Both the position numbers and the translations under genes were made by a program. From Leidyana gryllorum EB-2025a (taxonomy: Eukaryota; Protista; Apicomplexa), in NCBI GenBank assembly GCA_048772705.1, contig JBLWGC010000133.1, forward strand, positions 149,531 to 213,530: a stretch of DNA of 64,000 nt, read 5' to 3'. Of the stretch, positions 24,126 to 35,400 are shown piece by piece; the first letter of the stretch is position 1; each line of letters opens with the position of its first letter. Under the pieces are notes generated by a model. That model had not been told where the DNA came from, ran no database searches, and saw only the letters and a list, made by a program, of their open reading frames with translations.

Positions 24126-25808
24126 TCAATGATGAGGTCTGACTTCAGAACTGAGTACTGCCTCCACCCCATTCGGACCAGCACTTTCGTGAGGGCCCGA
24201 ACTCTCAAACACTGGCTTTTCCTCTGCTGCTGGCTCCGGTTTATATGCCTCCCGTGGCGGAGGTGTCGCTGGAGTGTCATCGGGCATACCTACTGCACCC
24301 CCACCCTCTGTACGACGAAGTGATCTGAACTGTGACCGTACGGTTGGTGGCGCTGGAATCGAGCCTGTCATGTCCAACAGCTTCTCCATGTACTCAGGAG
24401 TGCTACCAGGTGTATGGTCAATCAACCACGACGATCGCTCTCCATCCTTGTTCGTCGGTTCACTACCTCGCAAATTTTGGCCACTGCTGCCACTCGCCGG
24501 CTCAGTGGCATTCGCCCCGACAACATTCTCCAACATGGTGTACAATGAGGTTTCCTGACTCAAATCGTCACCGTGCCCATTCACCAATTCGTAACACCGA
24601 TTTCTGAACCAGAAATACCCGTGGTTCACAGTGTCGATGAAATTGGACACCTCTGGGCCTTTCCCACAGTGACATTGATTGAATTCCAGGTCGCTGCTGT
24701 CCTTTGCCAGACGTGATGTGAAAGCGCCGGCTCCAGTCCCGGTACAATCCGTTCGCTGATAATTACGGCACCCGTACCTAAGGAAAAATTGACAACAGTT
24801 CCACACACGTGTGTGATCAACGCCTACCATTCGTTGGTCACCTCCGTAGCGGGGGCGAATGGCGACAGGCCCTTGGCGTCCAGCGGTATGCGACCGGCAC
24901 ATAGGCCCTGCTCACAGCACGAATAACCCGTTGGGCAGTCTCCACAGGTGGAACCAGAGTAGTTGGGCTCGTATGGGTCCTTTCCGATGTTTCCAAAGTC
25001 ATAATGACAGACGACGAAGGTCCTCCAATCGCCCTGCTTCTTACAATTGGAAACCACCGTGCATCCAACGCTGGTCATCTGAGGTCGCACTAATTGTTTG
25101 TAGTGACCAACTGGCCCTTTGGCTCCGGCCTTGGCGGCACCGGTGGCCCAATCGTAGTCTTCGCGTTCCGCATACCACTTGCTCACAACATCGCCTGAGC
25201 GCAAAGGTTGGACCTCGACGGATAATACGAACTGTAAACACTCACTGTAAGATTCATCAGGCGATCGCACGGCCGAACTGGTGTACAGATTCTCGCCTGT
25301 GGCGATTCGGTATGGCCTGTGGGTGATGACTGATTTAAGTGTGTGTGAGAGGGACGTACCAACTTGGTAGACCGTTGCTCGAGTCTGGGGAGTGCTCGAA
25401 GTATTTGGTAGATGGGTTGGTGCAAAGTGCCATTGCCCATTGGCGACTGTAGGCTTCCAGATGGAAGTCCCAGACCAACTTGGTCATGAATTTGGCCGCA
25501 GGAGCTTCGACTTTGCGAACGTAGTTGTGCATATCTAGGAGCTCCTTGCGAATTCGAAACCCATTGTCAGAGTCATCGGTATAGAACTCGCCCTCGGAGG
25601 ATGATAGATCAGAGGTTCTCGGATTTTTCCCAGCATAATTGATACCATAGGGGTTTTGGCCGAAGGCATTGGGGAACGTGACCCTCAATACCTTCCCGTC
25701 CCGATTGGAAATACCATCGGGCTGCACCCCGCCCGTGAGGGCTGCCTGTAGCGACCGAAGGGGGGCTGCAGCAAAGACTGAAGTCGACAAGTACAGAAAC
25801 CACCGCAT
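24126..25808 (-). CDS. Secreted CAP/SCP/PR-1 domain protein with Cys-rich extension and low-complexity tail
   Basis: Signal peptide MRWFLYLSTSVFA; LLDMHNYVR...LVWDFHLEAYSRQWA, GENL, GHYKQLV...SVGC, FVVCHYDFGN, then CGDCPTGYSCC. Confidence 0.85.
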
Positions 25809-25879
25809 TAGCACTGCTTGGTCTTCTTCTCTATAAAGCTAAACACAAATGGGAAGAACCCCACCACAAGACATGCACT

Positions 25880-27460
25880 TCATGGAAGCACAGTTAATCT
25901 GATCTTTGTTGGATTCTCCTTTCCGGCTGCGTAAAGATATAATATCTCCTCCTGCGATAATAGTTGACCATCGACCAGCTCTCCGAAACTCAAGTCCAGT
26001 TTGTGTTTGTGCTCTTCGTGGAAAGCCTCTGGTAAGGCCCCATATAAGAGCCCCTGCAGCGATAAGCATGGCTTAATCAATCTCCGACACCTGGAGACTC
26101 ACACTCTGTGTTCGAATAGTTGGCTTGGACACCTCTTTACCATCCAGCCACTCCCTCAGCAGTGTGCTGCGGGCCACTTCATTGTGCTCACCCATCATTA
26201 GTTTATCGCAACAAACAGTGCAATCCTACGACGACGTAGAACATCAATTAAGGCTTGGCTGGACTGGGCTTACTGGATTGCGTTCTAGCGTCAAACAGGT
26301 GATGTTAGACCCTTCAGTCCCATTATATAGAATATAAGTTCCCGTCAATGGATGGTATCCAAGCAACAGTTTGAGTAGCTGACAGTGTGTGTGGAGACAC
26401 ACGCGCGATGTTAGTACGACATTCCTCGCTGAGCCACTCACTTCGTTCACCAACAAGGTACCGATCACTTGATTCGTTGCGGAAATAGCAGGAACAATCC
26501 GCTGACAACACATGATATTTGGAGATCAGTAAGCGCCGGTAGTACCTTCACAGTGCCCAAAGTGAGCTCCGGCGTGATGCCTCCGATCCCAACCTCCGAA
26601 CCCCGAATAATAGCTTGATCGGTCAGCCATTTTATGTCTTCCTCGGAGTCAAAGTCGGGAGCTCGCTCGAAGTTACGTGGCCATGTGACCATTAGGGCAT
26701 AAGCTGAGCACCGGCACCCAAGATCGAACAGCTACCGTCATCGACGCTTACCAATGCAATGCTGGGGTATGCGGGGTTTGTCGGCGACTGTGCACATTGG
26801 CCAAGTTTCTTGGGGAACAAAAGCGTCCATTGAACACTCGTAGCATGCAGTGCTTCCCGGAATGATTGTTCGGCAATGCCCCATGAATCCCTCAGTACCT
26901 CCGTCGATCATTGGCACCACAGTCGCAGGGTTTGGCATTAATACGCCTCCTTCGCTCTCTGCATATTGTATAAGGTGACAGAGGGTGGCGTTGAGCCAAC
27001 GTCGTGCCTCGAGGTTGTCCAAACCGGCTATCACAGCACTAAATTGTAGGAACCATTCTGGGGGAAAATCCTGTATCTTGCAGGTATGAGGTATCACACG
27101 AACGTCTGGCACGCGTGCCATGATTGCACTGGCAGCGGCTTCGGCCTTGGATTTGCCAATGTCCTTTTCCCTGAACAGTACTTGACGGTTCAAATTGCTC
27201 AGCTCCAGAGTATCGAGATCGACCAGCTCGATGTGCTTGACACCGCCAAGGGCAAGCGCTTTGAGGATGAAGTTACCCAAGCCGCCCGCCCCCACCACTA
27301 GAATCTTGCATTCGTGCAGCGACTCTAAAACCTAGTTTCCAGACATATGCTTGGAATACTCTCAATTGAAGTATCGTACCTCATCAACAGCTTCTCCTCC
27401 CTCTGCAGGTCTCAGTGACCGTTGGAGATGACGTGCTAAACTCGTCTTTTGCTGATGCAT
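25880..27460 (-). CDS. UBA3: NEDD8-activating enzyme catalytic subunit
   Basis: KILVVGAGGLG, DLDTLELSNLNRQVLFR, GLDNLEARRWLN, IDGGTEGFMGH, catalytic PMCTVADKPRIPQHCI, IVPAISATN; last exon resembles the E2-binding domain. Confidence 0.9.
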
Positions 27461-27633
27461 ATGTCATTTTCTTTATCAGTTGATGCAGTACCCGACCACC
27501 TCTGTGACTGCAGTCTGCCTCTTGCGTTGGCAGGACTCTCAAAAAGCAACGTCTGTGGGAATAAAGGGAGTATTGGAGCTCGCTCCTCCTTTTTCGGTAC
27601 ATTGCCACCCCCCAATTCATCCCTCGTCCTGCG

Positions 27634-29826
27634 ATGTGGACATTCTGGTCAGCTCTATGTCTCTTCACTGCTCCGGTCTGGAGCCTCCTAACCGCGTTAA
27701 AGGATTGCAACGAGGCGGTAGATATTGTCTTCCTGCAAGATGTTAGTAGTTCCATGATGCCATTTGTACACATCTTGCACAACGATATGGCCAATGTCGG
27801 CACCTTTCTAAATGACCGCCACCCCGAAAATCGATGGGCACTTATTCAGTTCCCCAGCCCACGAATTACGTCACATTATCAAGTGCCACCCTGCCTTCTT
27901 CTGAGAGCGCGGCTGAAGTATCGAACGCCCGAGTCTATGCAGCACGTTTATCAGGCACTCACCAGCTCCAATGAAACACTAATAGAAACTGAATCTCGAC
28001 CCCTGACAGCTTTACTTGGGGCAAACAGCAATTACCTGAATTGGAAATCATCCCAGAGACTTATTTTACTCATTACCGACGTAATCCCGGACCTATCACA
28101 CACGTGTGCTACTGATCTCACACCTGCGTCTCATTGGCAATCCGCTTGCATTGATCCGTGTGAACCGGATCCCATATATTTGAAACTGGCCTTAGAAGCC
28201 CAGGACACCACTCTGGCCGTCCTTTTACCGGGTACTGAAGGCGTCGACTCGAGAATTGCAAATGCCTGGACCTTTCTACTCCAGGAGATAAATGGTCCCA
28301 ATTCCTATCAACCCGGACTGCTGAAGCATTGTTCCGCAACAGAATGCACCAAGGCTATCACTCAGCTAGTCTCAGAATGGAGTTCGAGCCGGTGTCAAGA
28401 TGCCACGACCTTAGTGCCACCTCTTAACAATGAAACAGCGCATATTGCAACTGCGACAGACGTCAATCCGGCCCAAGCTATTGACTTGGTGCCTAAAGTT
28501 TTTGAAGATCACGTATCTATCAAGAAGCACCATTCTTCGAATGAAACACATCCAATTGGTGACGCGAGGCCCGAAGTCGTTAGAGAGGAACGATCGGGCT
28601 TCGAGGAGGAGTGTCGGAAGACTCCGGCGGATTTGATGATTTTACAGGATGCCACGATGGGTCTGGACATCAGCAAAGATGCATTAATCCCTGCGTTTGC
28701 GCAGGTCTTTGAGTTACTCAAATTGGACAATGCTCAGAGCCGAGTCGGCTTCCTCTCCTTTAAGGACAAGCCTTTCCCCCGTCTTGGCACTACTTTGGAT
28801 TACTGCACCGAGCTGCATACGCCTTTGACAGAAGACATGGAAAGAGTGCTGGACGATATGCGCAGTTTAGGGTGTGGTGGGGGATGTGATGCGCCTGAAG
28901 CACAGTATATTGCTTTGATGGGCGCCGCTGAGGATCCGAGCATAGACTGGAGACATGGGCCACTGAATTTTAGCGTTCCATTCGTGATACTGGTGACCGA
29001 TTCAGCTCCCCATTTCGCGGGAGATGCTGAGAAGGGTACCGTGTACACGGAACAATGGTGGGTCCCACGCCCCGGACAATGGCAAGGATGGGAGGCGGAG
29101 TGCTATGTGTACGACTATCCGGACCCTTTTGACTTGATCGATGTTCTTCAGCGGGCGGGGATACATGTCGGCATACTTCTGGTACCTCCACAAACGAGAT
29201 ACAACCAGATGCCAGGCGGTAGTCATATTTGTGATGCATCACAATCTGATGCTCATGACGGTCCCCTGGTGGCGGATGCATACAGATGGTTCCTATCAGA
29301 GCTTACAGGCGGATCGACTGCCGATCTCCTTGTGTGCTCGAGCGAGGAGTGTCCTGAGGCTATGCCCTGGCTGCTTGAGTTTTTTGCACGTGGCAAGGGA
29401 GACTTTTGTCGAGTTCCCTCTGACAATTCAGGGTCAGAGACCGACTCGGAGGGCAGTACTGAGCAATTCCTGACATCACTACAAATTGAGACAACCACCA
29501 GCTCGGTGGATGGTACCAAATCTGGTGAACCACCATCGAGCTCGACTTTGTACACGAGAATGACGACAGCAACGGAGGAAGGGGAGTACGATTGTGACAG
29601 TGACAGTGACAGTGATGTGGCAAGTGAAGGGGATGTTGATACGTCAACCCGTCCTGCTCATTGGGATCTGCAGCGGACCCGTCCGGGTCTCCAAAGGATG
29701 GGTTACACCTTCGTGTCGTTGGTGGGTGCGATGATACTGACGGGCGCCATGGGGATGGGTTTAGTGTCGCTGGGTCGAGAGGCTGAGGGGCCATCGTCGA
29801 GCGCATACCCGACACTAACCGAGTGA
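27634..29826 (+). CDS. Intronless type I membrane protein with two integrin-beta-like vWA domains
   Basis: Signal peptide; vWA1 DIVFLQDVSSSM (DxSxS); vWA2 RVGFLSFKDKP...GGGCDAPEAQ...IDWR...LVTDSAPHFAGD...YDYP; Ser/Thr/acidic stalk; TM near the C-terminus; short tail. Confidence 0.85.
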   Translation: MWTFWSALCLFTAPVWSLLTALKDCNEAVDIVFLQDVSSSMMPFVHILHNDMANVGTFLNDRHPENRWALIQFPSPRITSHYQVPPCLLLRARLKYRTPESMQHVYQALTSSNETLIETESRPLTALLGANSNYLNWKSSQRLILLITDVIPDLSHTCATDLTPASHWQSACIDPCEPDPIYLKLALEAQDTTLAVLLPGTEGVDSRIANAWTFLLQEINGPNSYQPGLLKHCSATECTKAITQLVSEWSSSRCQDATTLVPPLNNETAHIATATDVNPAQAIDLVPKVFEDHVSIKKHHSSNETHPIGDARPEVVREERSGFEEECRKTPADLMILQDATMGLDISKDALIPAFAQVFELLKLDNAQSRVGFLSFKDKPFPRLGTTLDYCTELHTPLTEDMERVLDDMRSLGCGGGCDAPEAQYIALMGAAEDPSIDWRHGPLNFSVPFVILVTDSAPHFAGDAEKGTVYTEQWWVPRPGQWQGWEAECYVYDYPDPFDLIDVLQRAGIHVGILLVPPQTRYNQMPGGSHICDASQSDAHDGPLVADAYRWFLSELTGGSTADLLVCSSEECPEAMPWLLEFFARGKGDFCRVPSDNSGSETDSEGSTEQFLTSLQIETTTSSVDGTKSGEPPSSSTLYTRMTTATEEGEYDCDSDSDSDVASEGDVDTSTRPAHWDLQRTRPGLQRMGYTFVSLVGAMILTGAMGMGLVSLGREAEGPSSSAYPTLTE

Positions 29827-29881
29827 GACTCGAGAACATACACATGGGTGTGCATGCCTTTTTTCTTGCATCATTTTGGGA

Positions 29882-31032
29882 ATGGCTGAAGTACTACTGA
29901 GAGTCTACGACCTTTCACGTGGCCTCGCGGCCACTCTAGCGGGGCTGGAGGGTTTATGGCACACTGGCGTGTTGGTTCATGACATTGAGATATTCTATGG
30001 GGGCGGCATTGTTAAGGCGCAGAGTGCCGTGATAGAGCGTGAATATGGGATGCAGCCCAAGAAGATACTGAGATTGGGTACAACAAGCCGCACAATGCAA
30101 GAAATTGATGAGTGAGTCCACAAATTGATGAGCAAAATCGTATTGCACGCCAGCTGGATAGGCGAGAATCATCGAGTGTTCAATGCGAACAATTATCGAT
30201 TGGTCGATCACAACTGCAATCATTTCTCGAATGCGTTGGTGAAGTTTCTGATCCCTGAGGGGTCAGGGATCCCAGTTGAGATATTGGAACAACATCGACG
30301 GGTTCCGGCTGGGCTTTTGAATCTGGTGCAGAACTTTGACGCTATGATGAATCAAAGAGGTCCGTTCCAGTGGGCGGCGAATCCATCTCCGTATGAGGTC
30401 GCCCTAAGAGCTCTGCACGACGCGTCCGGCGTGGACGAGGCGGCCAAGGTTGCCGCTATGGAGCTGCTATACAAAATATCGGCAGACATTTGTCGTCACG
30501 CCACAGATATGAGTTTGAGAGAGCACAAAATGGACTCGCTCAAAGCACTTGAAGTGCCGCACGGATTTGAGGCTTTGGAGGCACAGGGATGGAAGAAGGA
30601 GGGAGACTCATACGTGATCAAGGAAACGAATGTACAGGTTCTGAGCTGTCTGAAGAATGCCAGCAAGTTAACACGAGCGGTTATTGACAAAGCTGACCAC
30701 CCCTTGCAAGCCGGCATGGAGGCGCCAAGTGGCCATAGTGGACCTGCTCTCATGGGTTCTGGTTGGGGGGCCATGTGGGACGGAGTGCAGGGACTATTCC
30801 GCAGTCCTCAAATGAGCTCAAATGCACCCATGCCAATGGCCTCCCCCCAACAAACATATGCCTCGCAACTTGGTGCTCTCCGGGAAATGGGCTTCCAAGA
30901 CGAAGAAGCAATGCTAAAGTGAGTTTGGTGCCTGCTTGAACGCGAACCCCATCGATCTGTGTGTGCAGCGCACTGGCCAGAAGTTCTGGAAACATCAATC
31001 AAGCCATAGACTTCCTGACTGGAGCTCGATGA
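29882..31032 (+). CDS. PPPDE/DeSI-family isopeptidase with PUB-like and UBA domains
   Basis: VYDLSRGLA, WHTGV (His), HNCNHFS (Cys); PUB-like AMELLYKI...GFEALEAQGW; UBA LREMGF...ALARSSGNINQAIDFL. Confidence 0.85.
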
Positions 31033-31040
31033 TCTATCAT

Positions 31041-34000
31041 TCACTGAACGAGTTGTAGAATCAGGTGACGATTAGTAGGACTCAACTCCTGCATAGCCGC
31101 TCCCCAACTATCCGCCATGGTGTCGCGGATCCCTGAGAAAAACCGACCCCAACATATATAGCAGTCGTACAACGGAAAGACCCTTACAAATTGCCAACTC
31201 TCGCAGAATTGGGTCCACATGCGCTGGCAGCTGCGGTGCCCCGCCCGCACCTGCACCGTCAGGCGGTAGAGGAACCTCTGGCGCTGTTAGAAAAGACGCT
31301 ACACACTCCAGCAGGGGTAGCGTATTGGCCTGCACAGCTCCCGGATTCTTGCTCATTGCTCGACAAAGGCCTGAAACCAGCCACATAGCTGAAACAGACA
31401 AATCGCACATACCAGTGAACGACTTTAACTTTTCGTGTGGTGTGCGGAAACGCGCCATCAGAGCACACCAAGGGGGCAACATTTGACTCAACACAGGAGA
31501 CATCTTATCGGGCAGCCCACCGCAGAATCGGCCCTGAAAACCATTGTGTAACCGTCGCAAACAGCAGAAATCATCGTGTGCCTACCAATGTTATACAAGC
31601 ATTCTGGCGGAGTGCAATATTGCCAAGTGCGTGTGTGACAATCTCCGTCAACTTGGTGGCAATGTAGTCAGCCCAGGGCAGCATGGCCTCGGGCCCGAGG
31701 TTCTCGATGATCTCACCCAAAGCCCAACTCGCGTTGCTGCAGACAGACACGTTGCCCATCAAGCCTTGCGCCAACTATTGGTGGAGGCATTACATTAGTC
31801 GCGACAGAAAGAGCACTTACTGCAGGGATTATAGTACTCAGGTGCGGTTGGATAATATAACCATTCGAAACTGCTAAATCACCAATCACAGCAAAGGTGC
31901 TCTGTTGCAAAGGCATCGAGCGCTTGAGAGTGGGGTCCTGGCCACACGGAGAGATATTGAAACTCCGCTTCCCTTTCGTAAAGCTCACCACTAAACACTT
32001 GAGCAAAGAGGGCATGATGTTCTGTGATTGCAGAGTCGGAGCATATCGTTCCTTGAGAGTTTCAGCTAAATAGGAGATGAGGTCCAGGCACGCCTCAACA
32101 ACGTCGTTGGAAGATGAAGTGGCACGGCCTTGTTGAAGCAGAGTGAGGTGAGTGTCGAGACACTCTATACATTTCGCAGTGATCGGAGCCGCCATGGGTT
32201 CAACGCCTGGTGAAGAGACAATAAATCAATCCAGCGCCAATCCAACACACACACGCACACACACTTACCGTCACCGATGGCCTGAACTATAGCCGATATA
32301 CATTCTGCGAGCGCTGTAACTTGGAAGTCTGTGGGTTTGACTTGGCTCCAACGCTGGAAGAGCGGTTGTAAAAGGCTTTGGGAGTAATGGGTTGGGTGAG
32401 CCAGAACGAGTCCGTCTCCAACCCCTTGAGCCAGAGTGCCAATCGCGTCATACAAGATGAGTGTATTGCGCGCCTGATAGAGTTCTAGTGCTCTTTGGAA
32501 AGTCTCGAAGACTTGAGGCAGATAAGGAGTCATCAGAGTGCGAGCCCATTCCTCCAGGCCAGCCACTGAAGAGACCGCGGCTTCCTGGACACTCTTGTTT
32601 CGGTCAAGCATCCGTGAGAGAAGAGCCCGAAGGACGGGTTCCAGATAGGTTCCCGCATTCTCCATAGCGCACACCCATGGGGCGAATCGGTTGAGACACC
32701 AACAACAGATACTGCGCAATAGTGGCTGAGAGTCTTCGCTCAACTGAACCAATAGGTTGAGCACATTGGGCACATAGCGGTCCAATTCCCTCAAACAGCC
32801 CTTTGAAATAGCGCCCAAAGCAAGGACGCCCGATTCTCGAACTTCCCACTGTTGAGCCTGTAGCCTTTGCTCTATCAACGGCAAACAATGTCTCATCATT
32901 CGCTCGTTGAAAGCCACGGCCAAACTGTCCAATGCCAAAGCAGCGCCTTTACGAACAGTCCATTTATCGCCCCAGGCGCGTTGGGCGTCGCCTCCTTCTG
33001 GTTCGTCGTCGTCCTCCTCCACATCTTGTTCACGACCTTGATGGAAACGAGGAGCCAGACTGTTCTCTTGATCCGGGACTGCGGCGTTGTCGTCTTGAAC
33101 TTGAGCTGCATCAAGCTGTTGGTAGTCAGCTTCAGAATACACGGTCTGTTCAACCAGGAGTGGGACCAGACGCGGAAGATATGGCTCTATGAGCGAGACT
33201 GCTTCACTTTCCCGAAGAATTTCCGGCCAGAAGGAAGCAGCGTAGAGACGGATGTCGTAATACTCGTCGCCAATGCTCTGTGTCATAAGCTCAAAGACTG
33301 CTGGGGCGTTGGACAAGATTGGATCGATCTTGTACTCCATTACAGTCAGCATGGCTTTGATGACAGACGCTCTGATGCGACAGTCCGGCGACGTAGCCAA
33401 GTGACCCAGCATTGCCCAGAACTGATCAAAGTAGTGACTAGCGAACTCATTGCGCCCGAAAAGATGTCTGCTGTTGTAGATTTGCAGAATGTTCAACGAA
33501 TCCAATCGCACAGAACTATCCACTTCTGTGCTTGCGCACACACGAAATAGGAGCGGCAGTATCTGCCGATCAGAAACTTGAGCGAAATGACTGTCGCTTC
33601 CGACGGGATGATTCTCCCAACGCTGTTCCAACTCGTCTTCAGTGATCATCCGCAATGTCGTCAAAGCGGAAGTGACCATTTCCAAGTTGGACTCATTGGA
33701 CTGCAATTGCTGCAAAAGTGTCCCAAGGGCTTCTGGATAGCATTCGATCCCATATTTGGTGACGATGGTAGTGACGACGCTCGAAGCTGTACGCCTTACA
33801 ACCCCGTTGTGATCGTACAGTGCCTTAAGAACCAATCTTTTGACGTAATCCAACGCTTGATCAGTGAATATGGCTCTGGGCTGCTCTACTTGGGGTTTTT
33901 GAGCGGCGGACGCGTAGTCAGCAGACGAAGGAGCAGAGGCAATAATCGTCTTGAGCAAAAGTCCAGCCATTTGTCGCACTTCTTCAACCTCTTGACGCAT

Positions 34001-34162
34001 CTCTGTCAGAATTGCCACACAATATCGAACAGCATCTGGACTCAGTCGTAGCTGCTCTACAGCCTCGCGAACACGATTTTGTATCGCCGCATCAGGTGAC
34101 TGAGCAATGCGGAATACCTCCACAATCTCTTTCAACGCAGTGGGCTCAGGGGTCCAGTCCAT
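31041..34162 (-). CDS. TNPO1: Transportin-1 / importin beta-2
   Basis: MDWTP start; acidic H8 loop VPDQENSLAPRFH...WTVRKGAALALD; RESGVLALGAI, LDRNKSVQEAA, YQARNTLILYDAIGTLA, SNASWALGEI. Confidence 0.93.
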
Positions 34163-34590
34163 CTTGGGCTTCTGCCCCCCAACTAGGAGTGAAAATTTTG
34201 ACGTACTTAGTCAACTACCAACTCTTACATTTCAATTAATCTATAATCTGGCAGGGGGAGTGACTTTGTGGTCACCGACTAATACCACAAGGCAGATAAT
34301 AATAAGTCGTTGATTCAACACCATAATCTATCCGTCACTAGACCTCTATAATACCAAATCTGTTCCCAGAAGGCCACTATCCGTACTCCAATCCCCCTCG
34401 TTCCAATCCAGCCGATCACCAACCGGCCACTCCCATTGTACTCGGTCGTTCCCACACCCTAAACCGCAGCTCAGTCACAATAGGACTCTGACACTCCAAA
34501 TAGTTGGGACAAAATACTTGTTTTGTGTCCGTCAGATGAGCCCCTGTTATTTTTTTCGCTTCGTTTTTTCCCTCAGTCACCCCGCTAGAG

Positions 34591-35260
34591 ATGGTCAAGT
34601 CTTGCCGCACTGTGGAGGAGACCAAGGAGTTCGCTTCCCAAAGTAAGTTCCTAATTTTCAACCCCAGACTCACGTCTCCCCACAACAGGCGTCAGCGCTA
34701 AGGGAGCTGACCTTCGTGTCCACTTCAAGAACACCTTCGAGACCGCCGCCGCTATCCGTGGCCGCCCAGTCGCTTCCGCCATCTCATATCTGGAGGATGT
34801 CCTCGAGCACAAGCGCTGCATTCCTTTCCGCCGCTACAACGGTGGCATCGGCAGAACCGCTCAAGCCAAGGAATTCAAGTTGAGCCAAGGCCGCTGGCCC
34901 GAGAAATCGGTTCGCAAGATCCTCGATCTTCTCCGCAACATCCAGGCCAACGCCGAATCTAAGAAGATCGACCACGAGAAACTCTACATCTGGCACATCG
35001 CCGTCCAACGTGCTCAGAAGGGACGCAGACGTACCTACAGAGCCCACGGCCGTATCAACCGTAAGAACTGACCTCAGCAAACCACTCAGATCAAACGCTC
35101 CTCTCTCTCTACAGCCTACATGTCCAGCCCCTGCCACATCGAGGTCATCTGCAGACAGTACGACCCCACCACCACCAAGGGTGCTACTGACGAGGAACAC
35201 AAGACCATCCGTCTTACTCGCAAACAGAACTTCGCCCGTAGACTGCGTGTCGGTGCGTGA
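34591..35260 (+). CDS. RPL17: 60S ribosomal protein L17 (uL22)
   Basis: [52 protein letters not shown]|[10 protein letters not shown]; two introns. Confidence 0.96.
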
Positions 35261-35400
35261 AGTTTCTGGCAATCTTTCTTTCTCTATGGGGGTCGGCATT
35301 GCACAACATTCCATTCAACACATTATTGAGGGATGAACGATGTGATCAATAGATCATACACGGACGAGCATTATTTCTCTTTGCGATTCCATCAAACGCT

